Below are positions 63,601 to 64,000 of a DNA stretch of 64,000 nucleotides, piece after piece; position 1 is the stretch's first letter, and each line of letters starts with the position of its first letter. The notes beneath the pieces are model-generated. The model saw only the letters and a program-made list of their open reading frames with translations. It was not told where the DNA came from and did no database searches. A program made the position numbers and the translations under genes. Source of the DNA: Mustelus asterias (taxonomy: Eukaryota); assembly GCF_964213995.1 (NCBI RefSeq), contig NC_135822.1, positions 25,048,001 to 25,112,000 on the forward strand, given 5' to 3'.

Positions 63601-64000
63601 ATTTAAAATTACTTAACTTTTCTTGCCCATGTACTGTCATTTTTGTGCATGAAAACAGTAGTCAGAGGCTGTGGGTAGGGCGTGCCTTCCTTGTGGTCTG
63701 TATTTTATTGAAGTAAGCCCGCTTAAATGAAAATAGTTAAACATGACTCAATTGCACTATCAGTCTAAGGAGAGGAATTTCAAACTATACAGTAAAATGG
63801 TGCTAATTGACTGTAGTAGAAATCACTTCACGGTCAGGGTTTGAATTTTGGTCACTTTCATGGCAAAATACATTATGTAATAAATAGATGATACTGGATA
63901 GTCCACCCTTTTCACATACAAAACTATCATTTTCGATTTTGATACAATTGTTTTTTCCCCTAAGAAATAAACTTATTCTTAGTACATAAACTGCCTGTCC

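Overview
Vertebrate (shark/elasmobranch-type) genomic DNA, not prokaryotic: it is dense in HE1-like tRNA-derived SINEs and CR1 (HER1-like) LINE fragments, so most ORFs in the supplied track are repeat-derived or spurious. Splicing exons by hand (GT-AG, phases consistent) gives four genes. (1) TMEM82, + strand, 6 coding exons, 2854..14434, 347 aa. (2) A compact Bcl-2-family gene, - strand, 2 coding exons (21423..20983 and 18480..18349), 190 aa, with BH4/BH3/BH1/BH2 motifs and a C-terminal TM anchor; most likely bcl2l16/Bcl-wav. (3) FBLIM1/migfilin, + strand, 7 coding exons, 29630..46345, 369 aa. (4) The CpG-island promoter and first coding exon of SPEN (60528..60610). TMEM82-FBLIM1-SPEN is the order known from human 1p36, where I know of no Bcl-2 gene between TMEM82 and FBLIM1. 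Other notable items: a Penelope-type inverted repeat carrying a minimal hammerhead-ribozyme core, a short genomic duplicate of the TMEM82 exon5/intron5 junction, two solo LTRs, a TIR-bounded MITE, a CArG box at the putative FBLIM1 promoter, and uORFs, a G4 tract and YY1 motifs around SPEN. Gene identities come from recalled protein similarity and exon structure; no search was run. Repeat boundaries are approximate.
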